NCBI GenBank assembly: GCA_016186115.1
Contig: JACPMK010000002.1
Location: forward strand, 136,983-200,982
DNA length: 64,000 bases
Source of the DNA: Candidatus Wildermuthbacteria bacterium
GTDB lineage: Bacteria; Patescibacteriota; Minisyncoccia; Minisyncoccales; UBA10102
Direction: 5' to 3'
Below the pieces are notes generated by a model. The model worked only from the letters and a program-made list of their open reading frames with translations. It was not told where the DNA came from and made no database searches. How positions within the stretch are numbered: the stretch's first letter is position 1; the number at the start of each line of letters is the position of its first letter. Below, piece by piece: positions 31,498 to 41,370 of the stretch. The translations under genes were made by a program, and so were the position numbers.

Positions 31498-32072
31498 GGT
31501 AAAAATCTCTTCAAATGCCGGCTCATTTCTTTATGAACTTCTGCTACTGATTGTTCCCCATTTACTTCGAATAATACATTCTTTTTCCGATAGTAATCGA
31601 GCACTGGTTCTACTTCCGTACGAAACCATTGCAAACGTGTTGCAATATCGCCATTCGTATCATCAAAACGCGCCCGGCGAAGAAGCCGTTTTCTTGATTC
31701 TTCTTCTGAAATATGAATATAGCAGACGCGAAATCTGTCGGCCCATCCCAAAAGATCAAATAATTCTTCAAGCATATACGCCTCATAGAGTTTTCTGGGA
31801 TTGCCATCGAAAATCATGCCGACGGAATTTTTCTTATCACATAATTTGAGTAAGCGCGGCATCCAAAGAGAAAATACGAGAGGCGTAGGCGCCAACATAC
31901 CATGCTCCAAAGCGTTGCGAAGTTTTTTCCCTATCATATCGGGCTTTTTTGCTCTCTTTCGCAACAGTTGGCCGGTGCGGATAACCTCGAAACCTGTTTG
32001 GCGCTGTAAAATTTTCACTTGGGTCCCTTTGCCAGCGCCGGGCCTGCCGAGAATAGAAAGAAGAAAAACCAT
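31494..32072 (-). CDS. Adenylate/NMP kinase, short (LID-less) type
   Basis: GRPGAGKGTQ, FDGNPR, RRARFDD. Confidence 0.85.
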   Translation of the reverse strand: MVFLLSILGRPGAGKGTQVKILQRQTGFEVIRTGQLLRKRAKKPDMIGKKLRNALEHGMLAPTPLVFSLWMPRLLKLCDKKNSVGMIFDGNPRKLYEAYMLEELFDLLGWADRFRVCYIHISEEESRKRLLRRARFDDTNGDIATRLQWFRTEVEPVLDYYRKKNVLFEVNGEQSVAEVHKEMSRHLKRFLP

Positions 32073-32077
32073 ATTCT

Positions 32078-32788
32078 TTACGCAATAAAATCATTAAGAA
32101 TTTTCGAGATATCCAAAAACACCTCTGCAACCGACTGCTCGGCTCTGACGGTATGAACTGGAATACCATTTTTCTTGAGGTAAGGGATTAAAGGAAGGGT
32201 CTGATTGCGAAATTCCTGAAAACGGACTTTCATTGCCTCAACATTGTCGTCAACCCGCTTGATAAGACGGGAACCGTCGAGTGGACATATGGTAAGACCT
32301 TCTGTCTCTGGATGGGAAAGAATGGGATGACGCATTAGTTCACACATTTTTCTCTGCGTATTTCTTCGGATTGATTCCTGTTCCTCAAGATCAAGATACA
32401 AAACAACAATGTGTTCTTTTCCAAATTTCTCAAGCAGGAATGGAAATACAAATTCAATCTGTTCAACGCTTCGCGGAAAGCCATCGAGTACAATACTTTC
32501 TCCCATCTGGTATACCTCCTGAATTTTTTTCTGCACAAGAAAAGAAACAAAAGGCGCCTCGCATAAAAATCCTTTGCGCTGGCGCTCGTCTTGCTCTGCA
32601 ATGACATATCGCTTGCCTTCGATCTCGATATATTCCCCTTCTTTGGCATTGCGAAATTTCTGCCCCAAAAGTTTGCTCATCTCAATGCGCACCAGCTGAT
32701 GCTGCTCTGCGATAAGCAATGTTTGCGTTCCTTTCCCTGCGCCGGGAGCTCCAAAAAAAATAAAAAGATATGGGCTAGAAAGTTTCAT
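32078..32788 (-). CDS. adk: Adenylate kinase, long-LID type
   Basis: GAPGAGKGTQ, LDGFPRS, LID RKMC...ICPLDGSRLIKRVDD; follows secY. Confidence 0.85.
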   Translation of the reverse strand: MKLSSPYLFIFFGAPGAGKGTQTLLIAEQHQLVRIEMSKLLGQKFRNAKEGEYIEIEGKRYVIAEQDERQRKGFLCEAPFVSFLVQKKIQEVYQMGESIVLDGFPRSVEQIEFVFPFLLEKFGKEHIVVLYLDLEEQESIRRNTQRKMCELMRHPILSHPETEGLTICPLDGSRLIKRVDDNVEAMKVRFQEFRNQTLPLIPYLKKNGIPVHTVRAEQSVAEVFLDISKILNDFIA

Positions 32789-34061
32789 ATTCCCTCATTT
32801 TCAATTGAGCCCGCAATTGTCGTATCGTTTCAAGAACCACATTAACAACAATCAGCAGCGAAGTTCCGCCAATCAAAAATTGAAGTGTTTTGATATTGGT
32901 GAGCCCCTGTACCACAAAAGGCATCACTGCAATAATTCCCAAGAATAAAGCTCCAATCAAAAGGATGCGATTTAAAATATACGAAAGCTGGTGAGCAGTA
33001 GAAGTTCCCGGTCTCACTCCCGGGATAAATCCTCCCATTTTCTGCAGATTTGAAGATACTGACTTTGGATCGAAAGTAACTGCCGTATAGAAGAATGTGA
33101 AAATTGCAACAAGCACAAAATATAAACCTCCGTAAATCCAAGTATTCGACAAGACATGTTGAAATGAGTTTGCAAGATTGCCTGCAAATCCTGAGGAATT
33201 CTGAAGAAAACTCGCGATCATACCGGGGAAAGAAAGAAGAGACAATGCAAAAATAATAGGGATAACGCCTGCAGGATTGATACTCAAAGGCAGATAGGTT
33301 GACACACCCCCGTACATTTTATTTCCTCGTACTCTTTTGGCATAAGACACAGGAATATTCCTTCTTGCCTGACTTATAAAGATGACTCCCGCAATAATAA
33401 CCAGCGACATGACGAAGAAAAGGATCACGTTTCGTATTTGAGCGGGATCATCTTGAATATTGACAAATATCTGTTGCATATTCGAAGGGAAACTCGCAAC
33501 GATACCCGCAAAAATAAGTAATGAGACCCCATTCCCTATGCCCTTTTCTGAAATAAGTTCTCCCAACCACATGAGAAGGACGGTGCCTGCTGTTATCACG
33601 GCCAAGGTAATGCCATAATCAAAAGCGCCAAGCCCTCCCATAACTCCGCTCTGACGGGAAAGAAACGTGAGAAATCCGTATCCCTGAAGCAAGGCGAATG
33701 GAACGGTTAATATTCTTCCATATTGATTAAACTTTTGTCTTCCCTGCTCCCCTTCTTCTTTATACATTCGTTCCAGGGCGGGAAATATCATTGTGAGCAA
33801 CTGCAGTATAATCACCGCGGTAATATAGGGACCTAGTCCAAGCATCACGATAGAAAAATTATCCATTGCCCCGCCGGTCAGCAAATTCAAAAGTCCAAGC
33901 AACTGATTTTGGGCAAAGATATTCTTCAACGCTTCAGCGTCGATTCCGGGAATTGGTATATTCGCCAATAGACGAAACAAAATAAAAACTCCCAATATAA
34001 AAAGGATTTTATTGCGCAATTCTGTTATCTTAAAAATTTGAATAAGCCACTGATACCACAT
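32775..34061 (-). CDS. secY: Preprotein translocase SecY
   Basis: LGLGPYITA, GIGNGVSLLIFAGI, AGVIPIIFA, GGFIPGVRPG, GGTSLLIVV. Confidence 0.97.
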   Translation of the reverse strand: MWYQWLIQIFKITELRNKILFILGVFILFRLLANIPIPGIDAEALKNIFAQNQLLGLLNLLTGGAMDNFSIVMLGLGPYITAVIILQLLTMIFPALERMYKEEGEQGRQKFNQYGRILTVPFALLQGYGFLTFLSRQSGVMGGLGAFDYGITLAVITAGTVLLMWLGELISEKGIGNGVSLLIFAGIVASFPSNMQQIFVNIQDDPAQIRNVILFFVMSLVIIAGVIFISQARRNIPVSYAKRVRGNKMYGGVSTYLPLSINPAGVIPIIFALSLLSFPGMIASFLQNSSGFAGNLANSFQHVLSNTWIYGGLYFVLVAIFTFFYTAVTFDPKSVSSNLQKMGGFIPGVRPGTSTAHQLSYILNRILLIGALFLGIIAVMPFVVQGLTNIKTLQFLIGGTSLLIVVNVVLETIRQLRAQLKMREYETF

Positions 34062-34066
34062 ACTGT

Positions 34067-34498
34067 TTACTCAATGGTGCCGCCGGCTTTCTCAATTTTC
34101 TCTTTGGCGCTTGCCGAAACGCTGCAACCCTTAATAGATAATGCTTTTTTTATGCCGCCTTTGCCCAGAATCTTTATTGCTGGCGTTCCCTTTCCAGAAA
34201 CCCGTACAACACTTTTTTCAATCAAAAGCTGGGGGGTAACGGTCGTGCCCGCGTCAAAATGCTTTTGCAAAGCGTCGAGGTTGATAACCGTCTTTTTCTC
34301 TCCTTGCTTATGGGATCGGGAGCCGCGTATTTTGGGATAGCGCTTGATCAATTCCCTAATAACGGGCTTAAATTCTGTTCCCGTTCTTGCATTCTGCCCC
34401 TTAAGGCCGCGGCCGGAATACGTTCCCTTCTTTCCTCCTCTGCCTATACGCTTTCGTTTTTTTTGCTGATGAATGGGATGAATTTCGTGAAACTGCAT
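34067..34498 (-). CDS. rplO: 50S ribosomal protein L15
   Basis: RIGRGGKKGTYSGRGLKGQ, SASAKEKIEKAGG. Confidence 0.95.
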   Translation of the reverse strand: MQFHEIHPIHQQKKRKRIGRGGKKGTYSGRGLKGQNARTGTEFKPVIRELIKRYPKIRGSRSHKQGEKKTVINLDALQKHFDAGTTVTPQLLIEKSVVRVSGKGTPAIKILGKGGIKKALSIKGCSVSASAKEKIEKAGGTIE

Positions 34499-34507
34499 AT
34501 AAAAGAA

Positions 34508-34981
34508 TTACGATTGCTGTTCTTTTTTCACATGAAGCTTTTTGAGCGCCTGTATGGTTGCGATCGCGTTATTCAATTTATTGTGAGACCGGGTAAGAAA
34601 TTTTCCAGAGATATTCCGAATCCCGGCTTTTTCACAAATAATTCGTGCTGCTCCTCCTGCCACAATTCCTCTTCCTGTACGCTGGGGGCGCAATAATATA
34701 TGGGATGCGCCAAACTTTGCCTCAACTTCATGAGGAATGGTCTCGCCTGCGATGGGAACCTGAATAAGATTTTTCTTGCCTTGATTCGTTGCTTTTTGAA
34801 TTGCCTGAGCTACGTCTTTTCCTTTCGCTACGCCAACTCCGACCCGTCCCTTTTTATCTCCAAGGACTACAACTACACGGAAGCTTAAATGCTTTCCTCC
34901 TGCAGCCACACGCGTTACCCGCGCGATATCAAGAAGTTTTGAATCGAATTCTGATGGTTGTCTTGTTCTAAAATCTCTCAT
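34508..34981 (-). CDS. rpsE: 30S ribosomal protein S5
   Basis: RVTRVAAGGK, GRVGVG, GIVAGGAAR; directly followed by rplO with no rpmD. Confidence 0.96.
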   Translation of the reverse strand: MRDFRTRQPSEFDSKLLDIARVTRVAAGGKHLSFRVVVVLGDKKGRVGVGVAKGKDVAQAIQKATNQGKKNLIQVPIAGETIPHEVEAKFGASHILLRPQRTGRGIVAGGAARIICEKAGIRNISGKFLTRSHNKLNNAIATIQALKKLHVKKEQQS

Positions 34982-35004
34982 ATCGATAGAACATTATATC
35001 CAGA

Positions 35005-35352
35005 TTATACCTGAAGACCGCCCTCTCGTATTCCCTCGGCAATCGCCTTTACTCTGCCATGATAGGCATATCCGCTTCGATCAAACACGGCTTGAGCGAT
35101 ATGTTTCTCCTGCGCTTTTTTCGCAGCAATAAGTCCTAGCTGACGCGCTTTCTCAATTGGGGTGCCGTTCTCAAGCTCCTTATCGGAAGCGCTCACCAAC
35201 GTCTGTCCCTTCGTATCATCGATAAACTGCACGTATAAATGCTGATGAGACCGGAACACAGCAATGCGCGGGCGAATTTCGCTACCCGATATCTTTGCCC
35301 TTATTCTCTGCTGTCTCCTTTTTCGTAATGCTTGTTTGGTACGTTGTTTCAT
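35005..35352 (-). CDS. rplR: 50S ribosomal protein L18
   Basis: [27 protein letters not shown]. Confidence 0.96.
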   Translation of the reverse strand: MKQRTKQALRKRRQQRIRAKISGSEIRPRIAVFRSHQHLYVQFIDDTKGQTLVSASDKELENGTPIEKARQLGLIAAKKAQEKHIAQAVFDRSGYAYHGRVKAIAEGIREGGLQV

Positions 35353-35356
35353 ATCT

Positions 35357-35932
35357 TTATGCTCCCGTTGCTCCTGCTGCCGCAACTTTCTTTCCTGCCT
35401 TTTTCTTTACGATCTCTCCCTGATAACGAATGCCTTTGCCCTTGTAGGGCTCTACCTTACGAGCTGCCCGTATTCGGGCAGCATACTCTCCTACCTGTTC
35501 CTTATTAATCCCGGAAACAGTAATAATATTCTCATTGACTGAAAATTGGATTCCATCCGGAGCTTTAATCTTTACCAGATGACTATACCCAACATGCAAA
35601 ACCAGAACATCTCCTTCTACCTGTGCACGGAATCCCACGCCCTGAATCTCAAGCTTCTTTTCGTATCCCACCGTTACGCCCTTCACCATATTTGCCACCA
35701 CTGCCCGGGTTGTTCCCCATAAGGCGCGCACTTCCTTGGGTAATGTCTCTTGGTTTTGTTCTTTCCGACGAGGCACAACAACAATTTCAGAATCATGCTT
35801 TGTAACCTCTACCAATGGATGGATGCGAAAATCGATCGCTCCCTTGGGGCCTTTTACCTTAAGAATGTCGCCCTCGACAGCAATATCTACCCCTGCTGGA
35901 ATTTCAATTGGTTTTTTGCCTATTCGTGACAT
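35357..35932 (-). CDS. rplF: 50S ribosomal protein L6
   Basis: [19 protein letters not shown]. Confidence 0.96.
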   Translation of the reverse strand: MSRIGKKPIEIPAGVDIAVEGDILKVKGPKGAIDFRIHPLVEVTKHDSEIVVVPRRKEQNQETLPKEVRALWGTTRAVVANMVKGVTVGYEKKLEIQGVGFRAQVEGDVLVLHVGYSHLVKIKAPDGIQFSVNENIITVSGINKEQVGEYAARIRAARKVEPYKGKGIRYQGEIVKKKAGKKVAAAGATGA

Positions 35933-35948
35933 AGTGAGCGTAGCCGAA

Positions 35949-36338
35949 CTACCAAACTTCGCAAAGTATTTCTCCTCCCACATGCTGTTTTCTTGCCTCC
36001 CGATTGGTCATCAATCCTTTGGAGGTAGAAATGACCGCGATTCCAAATCCGCTTCGTACCATTCTTTGAGACCTTGCGGACGCATATCTTCTTTGGGCGG
36101 GCTTGGAAACTCTGCGTACCCCGGAAATAGAAGGAGCATTGTCTTGATATTTCAACTCGATTTCAATAATTTTTTTTGTTTTTCTTCCTTTAAAATCTAC
36201 TTTTTTTACAAAGCCGTTTTGCTCTAAGATTTTTGCGATTCCATAATTCAGCTGCGAAAAAGGAACCTCAACCACATCCTTTTTTTGGATTTGGGCATTA
36301 TATATTCGGTTAAGCATGTCTGCAATAGGGTCAACCAT
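35949..36338 (-). CDS. rpsH: 30S ribosomal protein S8
   Basis: DPIADMLNRI, RVSKP, STSKGLMT, GGEILC. Confidence 0.97.
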   Translation of the reverse strand: MVDPIADMLNRIYNAQIQKKDVVEVPFSQLNYGIAKILEQNGFVKKVDFKGRKTKKIIEIELKYQDNAPSISGVRRVSKPAQRRYASARSQRMVRSGFGIAVISTSKGLMTNREARKQHVGGEILCEVW

Positions 36339-36354
36339 AGTGATCGTAAGCGAA

Positions 36355-36540
36355 CTACCAAGATGATTTCCTGACGCCGGGGATCAAACCTTTGTTTGCC
36401 ATTTCCCTAAAACAAATTCTGCACAATGCAAAGTCCCTCATGAAACCGCGCTTTCTTCCGCAGCGGAAACAGCGTCGAACAAGACGCGAACGGAATTTCG
36501 GTTTTTTCTTTGATTTTTCTATTTTTGCGACTGTTGCCAT
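36355..36540 (-). CDS. rpsN: 30S ribosomal protein S14 (zinc-binding type)
   Basis: RCFRCGR...LCRICFRE...PGVRKSSW. Confidence 0.96.
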   Translation of the reverse strand: MATVAKIEKSKKKPKFRSRLVRRCFRCGRKRGFMRDFALCRICFREMANKGLIPGVRKSSW

Positions 36541-36573
36541 ATATTTAAAATTCGAAATCCGAAATACGAAATA

Positions 36574-37086
36574 TCACTTCATAGGAAAACCGAGTGATTT
36601 AAATAACTCGACTCCCTCTTCTTTTGTCTGTGCCGTGGTGGCAATGGTCACTTCCAATCCCATGATATTTTTTATTTTCTCGGGAGTTATCTCGGGAAAG
36701 AAAATCTGCTCTCGTATTCCTATCGTGAGATTCCCTTGCTGATCGACAGCGGAAACAGGAATACCCTGAAAATCACGCGAACGGGGCAATACGATATGAA
36801 CGAGCCGATCGAGAAAATCATACATCCGCTTTCCGCGCAGCGTTACCTTGACTCCAATGGGCATGCCCTTTCGAATCTTAAATCCTGCGATCGATTTTTT
36901 TGCGGATGTTGTTACGGCTTTTTGACCGGAAAGCATGCTCAATGTATCCACTGCCTCACTGGTAATCTTTCGCTGCTCATCGGAAGTTTTCCCGGACAGT
37001 AATCTCCCAAAACTTGTATTCACCACCACCTTCGTAATTTTCGGCACTGCCATTAAGGTTTTAGATTTTTCAGATAATTTTATCAT
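36574..37086 (-). CDS. rplE: 50S ribosomal protein L5
   Basis: VPKITKVVVN, KKSIAGFKIRKG, VTLRGKRMYDFL, LPRSRDFQG. Confidence 0.95.
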   Translation of the reverse strand: MIKLSEKSKTLMAVPKITKVVVNTSFGRLLSGKTSDEQRKITSEAVDTLSMLSGQKAVTTSAKKSIAGFKIRKGMPIGVKVTLRGKRMYDFLDRLVHIVLPRSRDFQGIPVSAVDQQGNLTIGIREQIFFPEITPEKIKNIMGLEVTIATTAQTKEEGVELFKSLGFPMK

Positions 37087-37093
37087 ACGATAT

Positions 37094-37402
37094 TTAAACA
37101 ATCTCTCCGCTGCATTCTTTGCAGATACGATACTTCTTTTCGCCCTCCAGTTTATATCCTACCCGAACCGGTTTTCCGCATTTAGGACAAATCAGCTTGA
37201 CATTGGAAACATGGAGAGGAGCAGGCAATGCCACAATCTGCCCCTTTTCCCCTGCTCTCTTGGGACGCACATGCTTTTTTCTGGCATTGATTCCCTCTAC
37301 AATAACCCCTTCCCTGCCGGGCAGGATTTTGATCACTTTTCCTTTCTTCCCCCTCTCTTTTCCCGCAAGAATCAATACGGTATCGCCTTTCTTTATTTTC
37401 AT
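37094..37402 (-). CDS. rplX: 50S ribosomal protein L24
   Basis: [26 protein letters not shown]. Confidence 0.96.
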   Translation of the reverse strand: MKIKKGDTVLILAGKERGKKGKVIKILPGREGVIVEGINARKKHVRPKRAGEKGQIVALPAPLHVSNVKLICPKCGKPVRVGYKLEGEKKYRICKECSGEIV

Positions 37403-37767
37403 AAAACCTCCGGTGCTAATGTTGCAATTCTCGTAAATCCTTTTTCCCGTATTTCCCGCGGAATCGGACCAAAAATACGTCCGCCCTTTGGCTCCTTTTC
37501 TTTTTCTAAAATCACGGCAGCATTATCATCGAATCGAATGTAAGAACCATCTGCCCTTCGGAATGGCTTTGCCTGACGCACCACTACTGCTTTTACAACT
37601 TCGTGCTTTTTTACAAGACGACGGGGTTCTGCTTCCTTGACCGCGGCCACGACCACATCTCCAATTTGGGCATACCGCTTGCGGCTTCCGCCCAACACAT
37701 GAAAACACTGGATAATTTTTGCTCCGGTGTTGTCTGCCACTATAAGATTGGTGCGTAGTTGAATCAT
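37399..37767 (-). CDS. rplN: 50S ribosomal protein L14
   Basis: [31 protein letters not shown]. Confidence 0.97.
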   Translation of the reverse strand: MIQLRTNLIVADNTGAKIIQCFHVLGGSRKRYAQIGDVVVAAVKEAEPRRLVKKHEVVKAVVVRQAKPFRRADGSYIRFDDNAAVILEKEKEPKGGRIFGPIPREIREKGFTRIATLAPEVL

Positions 37768-37997
37768 ATTTTCTTTATCACCCTCCAACGCTTCTCTTTG
37801 CTTTGCGGCCTTGTCTCTTCAATCATTACGGTATCCCCTACCTTATACTCTTTTTTCTCATCGTGCGCCTTATAATTTTTGTGGGTTTTGACGCGCCGAA
37901 GATACTTGGGATGCGTAACCCATCGTTCCACCCGTACCGCAATGGTCTTATCCATTTTATCAGATATCACTTGTCCAACCATGACTCGTTTTGGCAT
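37764..37997 (-). CDS. rpsQ: 30S ribosomal protein S17
   Basis: [30 protein letters not shown]. Confidence 0.95.
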   Translation of the reverse strand: MPKRVMVGQVISDKMDKTIAVRVERWVTHPKYLRRVKTHKNYKAHDEKKEYKVGDTVMIEETRPQSKEKRWRVIKKI

Positions 37998-38001
37998 ACA
38001 T

Positions 38002-38199
38002 TTATGCTGATTTGGTTTCCTGCATTTTTGCAAGGGTATAAATCCTTGCAATTGTTTTCCGTATTGCGCGGATTTCCTTAATATTCTTTACTTTTCCCGC
38101 TGCTAAATCAAAACGGAGCTGCTGAAGCTTTGCCCGCTGTTCTTTCAGGAGTTGCGACAATTCTTGCTTTGATTTCTTTTGTAATTCAGCTGTCTCCAT
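38002..38199 (-). CDS. rpmC: 50S ribosomal protein L29
   Basis: LRFDLAAG, IRAIRKTIARIYT; position between rplP and rpsQ. Confidence 0.93.
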   Translation of the reverse strand: METAELQKKSKQELSQLLKEQRAKLQQLRFDLAAGKVKNIKEIRAIRKTIARIYTLAKMQETKSA

Positions 38200-38214
38200 A
38201 CAATACATCAAATA

Positions 38215-38619
38215 TTACACTTTGACAAATTTAGTAGCAACGGGAAGCTTTGATGCTGCTTGACGCAATGCTTCTTTCGCCACGTCTTCGCGCAACCCCT
38301 CCACTTCGAAAATCATTCTTCCGGGCCTGACGGGAAAGGCATAATGATCAGGACTGCCCTTGCCGCCTCCCATTGGCATTTCTGATCCCTTGGTCGTAAT
38401 CGGTTTGTCTGGAAACAAACGAATCCAAACTTTCCCCCCTTTTCTCAAATAGCGGATAATCACCCTCCGCGCTGCCTCAAGTTGACGGGCAGAAAGCCAA
38501 TGCGTGCCCATCGCTTTTAAACCATAACTGCCGAATGCCAAATCAGTCGCTCGTATCTCAATACCCTTGGAGCGCCCCTTCTGCCATTTTCTATGTTTTA
38601 CCTTTCGAGGAGCAAGCAT
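38215..38619 (-). CDS. rplP: 50S ribosomal protein L16
   Basis: MLAPRKVKHRK, VWIRLFPDKP, MGGGKG. Confidence 0.97.
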   Translation of the reverse strand: MLAPRKVKHRKWQKGRSKGIEIRATDLAFGSYGLKAMGTHWLSARQLEAARRVIIRYLRKGGKVWIRLFPDKPITTKGSEMPMGGGKGSPDHYAFPVRPGRMIFEVEGLREDVAKEALRQAASKLPVATKFVKV

Positions 38620-38622
38620 ACA

Positions 38623-39282
38623 TTATTCAAAGGTTTCACCCTTATAAAGCCAGACCTTGATTCCAATCGTCCCGTAGGTTGTTTGAGCTTCATGAATCAC
38701 GAAATCAATTTGCGAACGCAACGTTTGCAGCGGAAGTCGTCCCTCGCGCATAGTTTCGCGGCGCGCAATTTCAGCTCCTCCAAGCCGGCCAGCAATTTCA
38801 ACCTTAACTCCTTTGATGGCTTTATTCGACATTACTTTTGCAATCGCCTGTTTCAAAACGCGTCGGAAAGGCACACGCTTCTCGAGCTGCTGAGCAATCC
38901 ACTGCGCAGTAAGCGCTGCTGATTCCCACGGATTTTTTATTTCTCTGATTTCCAGATGCACCTCACGCGTCAGTGATCCTTTGGGCAAAGCCCCGAGCAG
39001 TATTCTTAAAATGCCCTTGCGGAGTTCCTCTACGCCGGAGCCCCCACGCCCGATAATAAGTCCCGGACGGGCAGTATGAATAATGACCATGACTTTACCA
39101 GAAAATCGCTCAATCTCAATAGCTTCGATGGCGCTGTCTTTAAGCTTTCGTTCCAAATACTCGCGGATCAAAAAATCCTCACGCAACGTTTGAACATACG
39201 CATGCTTTTTTCGTATCCAGCGCGAACTCCAATCCTGTGTATAGCGCAATCGAAATCCTTTTGGATGAACTTTGTGAGCCAT
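38623..39282 (-). CDS. rpsC: 30S ribosomal protein S3
   Basis: HKVHPKGFRL, RPGLIIGRGG, GRLGGAEIAR, TYGTIGIKVW. Confidence 0.97.
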   Translation of the reverse strand: MAHKVHPKGFRLRYTQDWSSRWIRKKHAYVQTLREDFLIREYLERKLKDSAIEAIEIERFSGKVMVIIHTARPGLIIGRGGSGVEELRKGILRILLGALPKGSLTREVHLEIREIKNPWESAALTAQWIAQQLEKRVPFRRVLKQAIAKVMSNKAIKGVKVEIAGRLGGAEIARRETMREGRLPLQTLRSQIDFVIHEAQTTYGTIGIKVWLYKGETFE

Positions 39283-39295
39283 ATCTTTGAAAATT

Positions 39296-39811
39296 CTAAA
39301 TCGCTTTTCTTTGGAATATTTTGGTTATTCCTTTACGGCCAACCGGTTTCTGCGCCGTTTCTCTCTCACGAAAGCGCTTTGCTTGGTTTTTCGGAACGCT
39401 TTCATTTTTCTGTGACACCTCTTCTTTTTCCTTCTCGCGCTTCTCCGTATCAATACTCTTTATTTCTTTCTTTCCAGATTCAATCTCATCTAACTCAATA
39501 GTAATATGGGATACTTTCTTTTGAATGGGATAGGCCGCTCCCCGTGCTCGCGGCCGAAAACGTTTCAATTTTGGCCCATCATCTACGACAATTTTCGAAA
39601 TATAGAGATTATCTTCTTCGATTCCCTGATTATTCTTTGCAGAAACGACTGCAGAGTGCAAGGTTTTTAATACCGGCTCTGCTCCTCGTTTAATCAAGAA
39701 ACGCAAAAGCATCCGGGCTTCCGGAACCCGTTTTCCACGGATCACATCTGCTACCATGCGAACCTTCCTGGCAGAAATTCTTAGATATTGAAGTCGTGCG
39801 ATTGCTTTCAT
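39296..39811 (-). CDS. rplV: 50S ribosomal protein L22 with a charged C-terminal extension
   Basis: RISARKVRMVAD, PRARGAA, SHITIEL, then a ~60 aa tail. Confidence 0.95.
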   Translation of the reverse strand: MKAIARLQYLRISARKVRMVADVIRGKRVPEARMLLRFLIKRGAEPVLKTLHSAVVSAKNNQGIEEDNLYISKIVVDDGPKLKRFRPRARGAAYPIQKKVSHITIELDEIESGKKEIKSIDTEKREKEKEEVSQKNESVPKNQAKRFRERETAQKPVGRKGITKIFQRKAI

Positions 39812-39826
39812 AGATATTTCTTATCG

Positions 39827-40192
39827 TTACTTTGCTTGAGGAGTTTTTGTCTGGGGAGAAGGCACGGCTGCTCCTGCCACGTTTGACGTGGCTCCTGCCG
39901 CTTTTTGCGCTGCTGCCTGCTCCAATTCCCGCTGCATTTTTCCTCCGTGCCGTACGAACTTTGTCGTTGGGGCAAATTCTCCTAATTTATGCCCGACCAT
40001 ATCTTCCTCAACGCTCACAGAAATAAATTGCTTTCCATTGTACACTCCAAAGGTAAATCCAACCATTTCCGGGCTAATCGCTGCTCTTCTTGACCAGGTC
40101 TTGATAACGGTCTTATCGCCTGCTTTCAAGTCCTTGATTTTTTTGAGCAGGTTTTCATCAATATAGGGGCCTTTTTTCAGTGATCGTGCCAT
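39827..40192 (-). CDS. rpsS: 30S ribosomal protein S19
   Basis: [28 protein letters not shown]. Confidence 0.97.
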   Translation of the reverse strand: MARSLKKGPYIDENLLKKIKDLKAGDKTVIKTWSRRAAISPEMVGFTFGVYNGKQFISVSVEEDMVGHKLGEFAPTTKFVRHGGKMQRELEQAAAQKAAGATSNVAGAAVPSPQTKTPQAK

Positions 40193-40195
40193 AGA

Positions 40196-40972
40196 TTATT
40201 TTTTCTTTTTTCTTCTCTGTAGAATAAATGTATTGGTCCATATTCGTCTTCTCGTTTTTACCCCCAATGCGGGCTTGCCCCACGGGGTCTTAGGATACTT
40301 TAATCCGGTAGAAGTTCTTCCTTCTCCTCCTCCATGAGGATGATCCACCGGGTTCATGGCTTTCCCTCGCACATTGGGCCTCCATCCCATCTTGCGCATT
40401 CTTCCTGCGTTAGGAATTCGGTGATAGCGATGTTCGGGATTAGAAACAATTCCGACAGAAGCAAAGCAGAGATCAAGGATTTTTCGAATCTCGGAAGAAG
40501 GAAGCTGAATTTGGGCATACTTGCCTTCGTGAGCCAATACCTTTGCCGCGGTTCCCGCGCCCCGTACGATTTTTCCGCCTCTATCCGGTTCCAATTCAAT
40601 ATTATATACCATTGTTCCCACTGGAATATTTTTCAATTGCATACGATTTCCCGGTCCGAGCTCTGCCGCATCGTTGCAGATAATGGTATCGCCAACATGT
40701 AAACCGTCAGGCAACACAATATACCCTTCCGAACCATCCTGATAGCGAATCAACGCAATCGAAGATGTACGATTCGGGTCGTACTCGATGCGCTCTACGG
40801 TGCCGGCGATCCCTTTGTGTTCCTGTCCAAAATCAATCTTACGATAGAGCTTTCGATATCCTCCTCCTCTTTGCCAAGCCGTAATACGGCCCGAGCGGGC
40901 TCGCCCTCCGGTTTTCTTCATCCATTGCAAAAATTTCTTTTTTGGTTTTTCTTTACTTAGATTTGTCGGCAT
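40196..40972 (-). CDS. rplB: 50S ribosomal protein L2
   Basis: IEYDPNRT, VRGKAMNPVDHPHGGGEG, TPWGKP. Confidence 0.97.
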   Translation of the reverse strand: MPTNLSKEKPKKKFLQWMKKTGGRARSGRITAWQRGGGYRKLYRKIDFGQEHKGIAGTVERIEYDPNRTSSIALIRYQDGSEGYIVLPDGLHVGDTIICNDAAELGPGNRMQLKNIPVGTMVYNIELEPDRGGKIVRGAGTAAKVLAHEGKYAQIQLPSSEIRKILDLCFASVGIVSNPEHRYHRIPNAGRMRKMGWRPNVRGKAMNPVDHPHGGGEGRTSTGLKYPKTPWGKPALGVKTRRRIWTNTFILQRRKKKK

Positions 40973-40975
40973 ATA

Positions 40976-41362
40976 TTAGGTAGGCAAAATCTCAATTTTT
41001 TGTCCTTTCTCAAGGGTTACGATTGCTTTTTTGTAGCCAGATTTCGTACCCCTTTTTCTCTGCCAGCGGGTTGGCTTTGGAGGCGCGGCAACAATACGAA
41101 TACCGGCAACCTCAACATCATACAAATCCTCAACCGCCCTTTTCACCTGATGCTTTGTTGCAGTAGGAGCGACTTGAAATACGTAATGATTCTGTTCGGC
41201 CATCTGTACTGCCTTTTCTGTAATATGAGGATTTCTCAACACGTTAACCGCAAAAGCACTCGCTTTTGGCTTTTTGCCCTGCGGAACTGCCTCCTGCTGC
41301 TTTTTTTCTTTCTCCGCTTGGAACTTTTGCTCTTTTTTTGTAAAAATTTTTCCGAATGGCAT
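40976..41362 (-). CDS. rplW: 50S ribosomal protein L23 with N-terminal extension
   Basis: PHITEKA, YVFQV, KKAIVTL. Confidence 0.94.
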   Translation of the reverse strand: MPFGKIFTKKEQKFQAEKEKKQQEAVPQGKKPKASAFAVNVLRNPHITEKAVQMAEQNHYVFQVAPTATKHQVKRAVEDLYDVEVAGIRIVAAPPKPTRWQRKRGTKSGYKKAIVTLEKGQKIEILPT

Positions 41363-41370
41363 ATAAAAAA

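Noticed and set aside
34558..34567. TTGCGATCGC match to the palindrome core inside rpsE
   Set aside because: Lies in coding sequence and lacks the flanking arms of the 40 bp motif; likely chance
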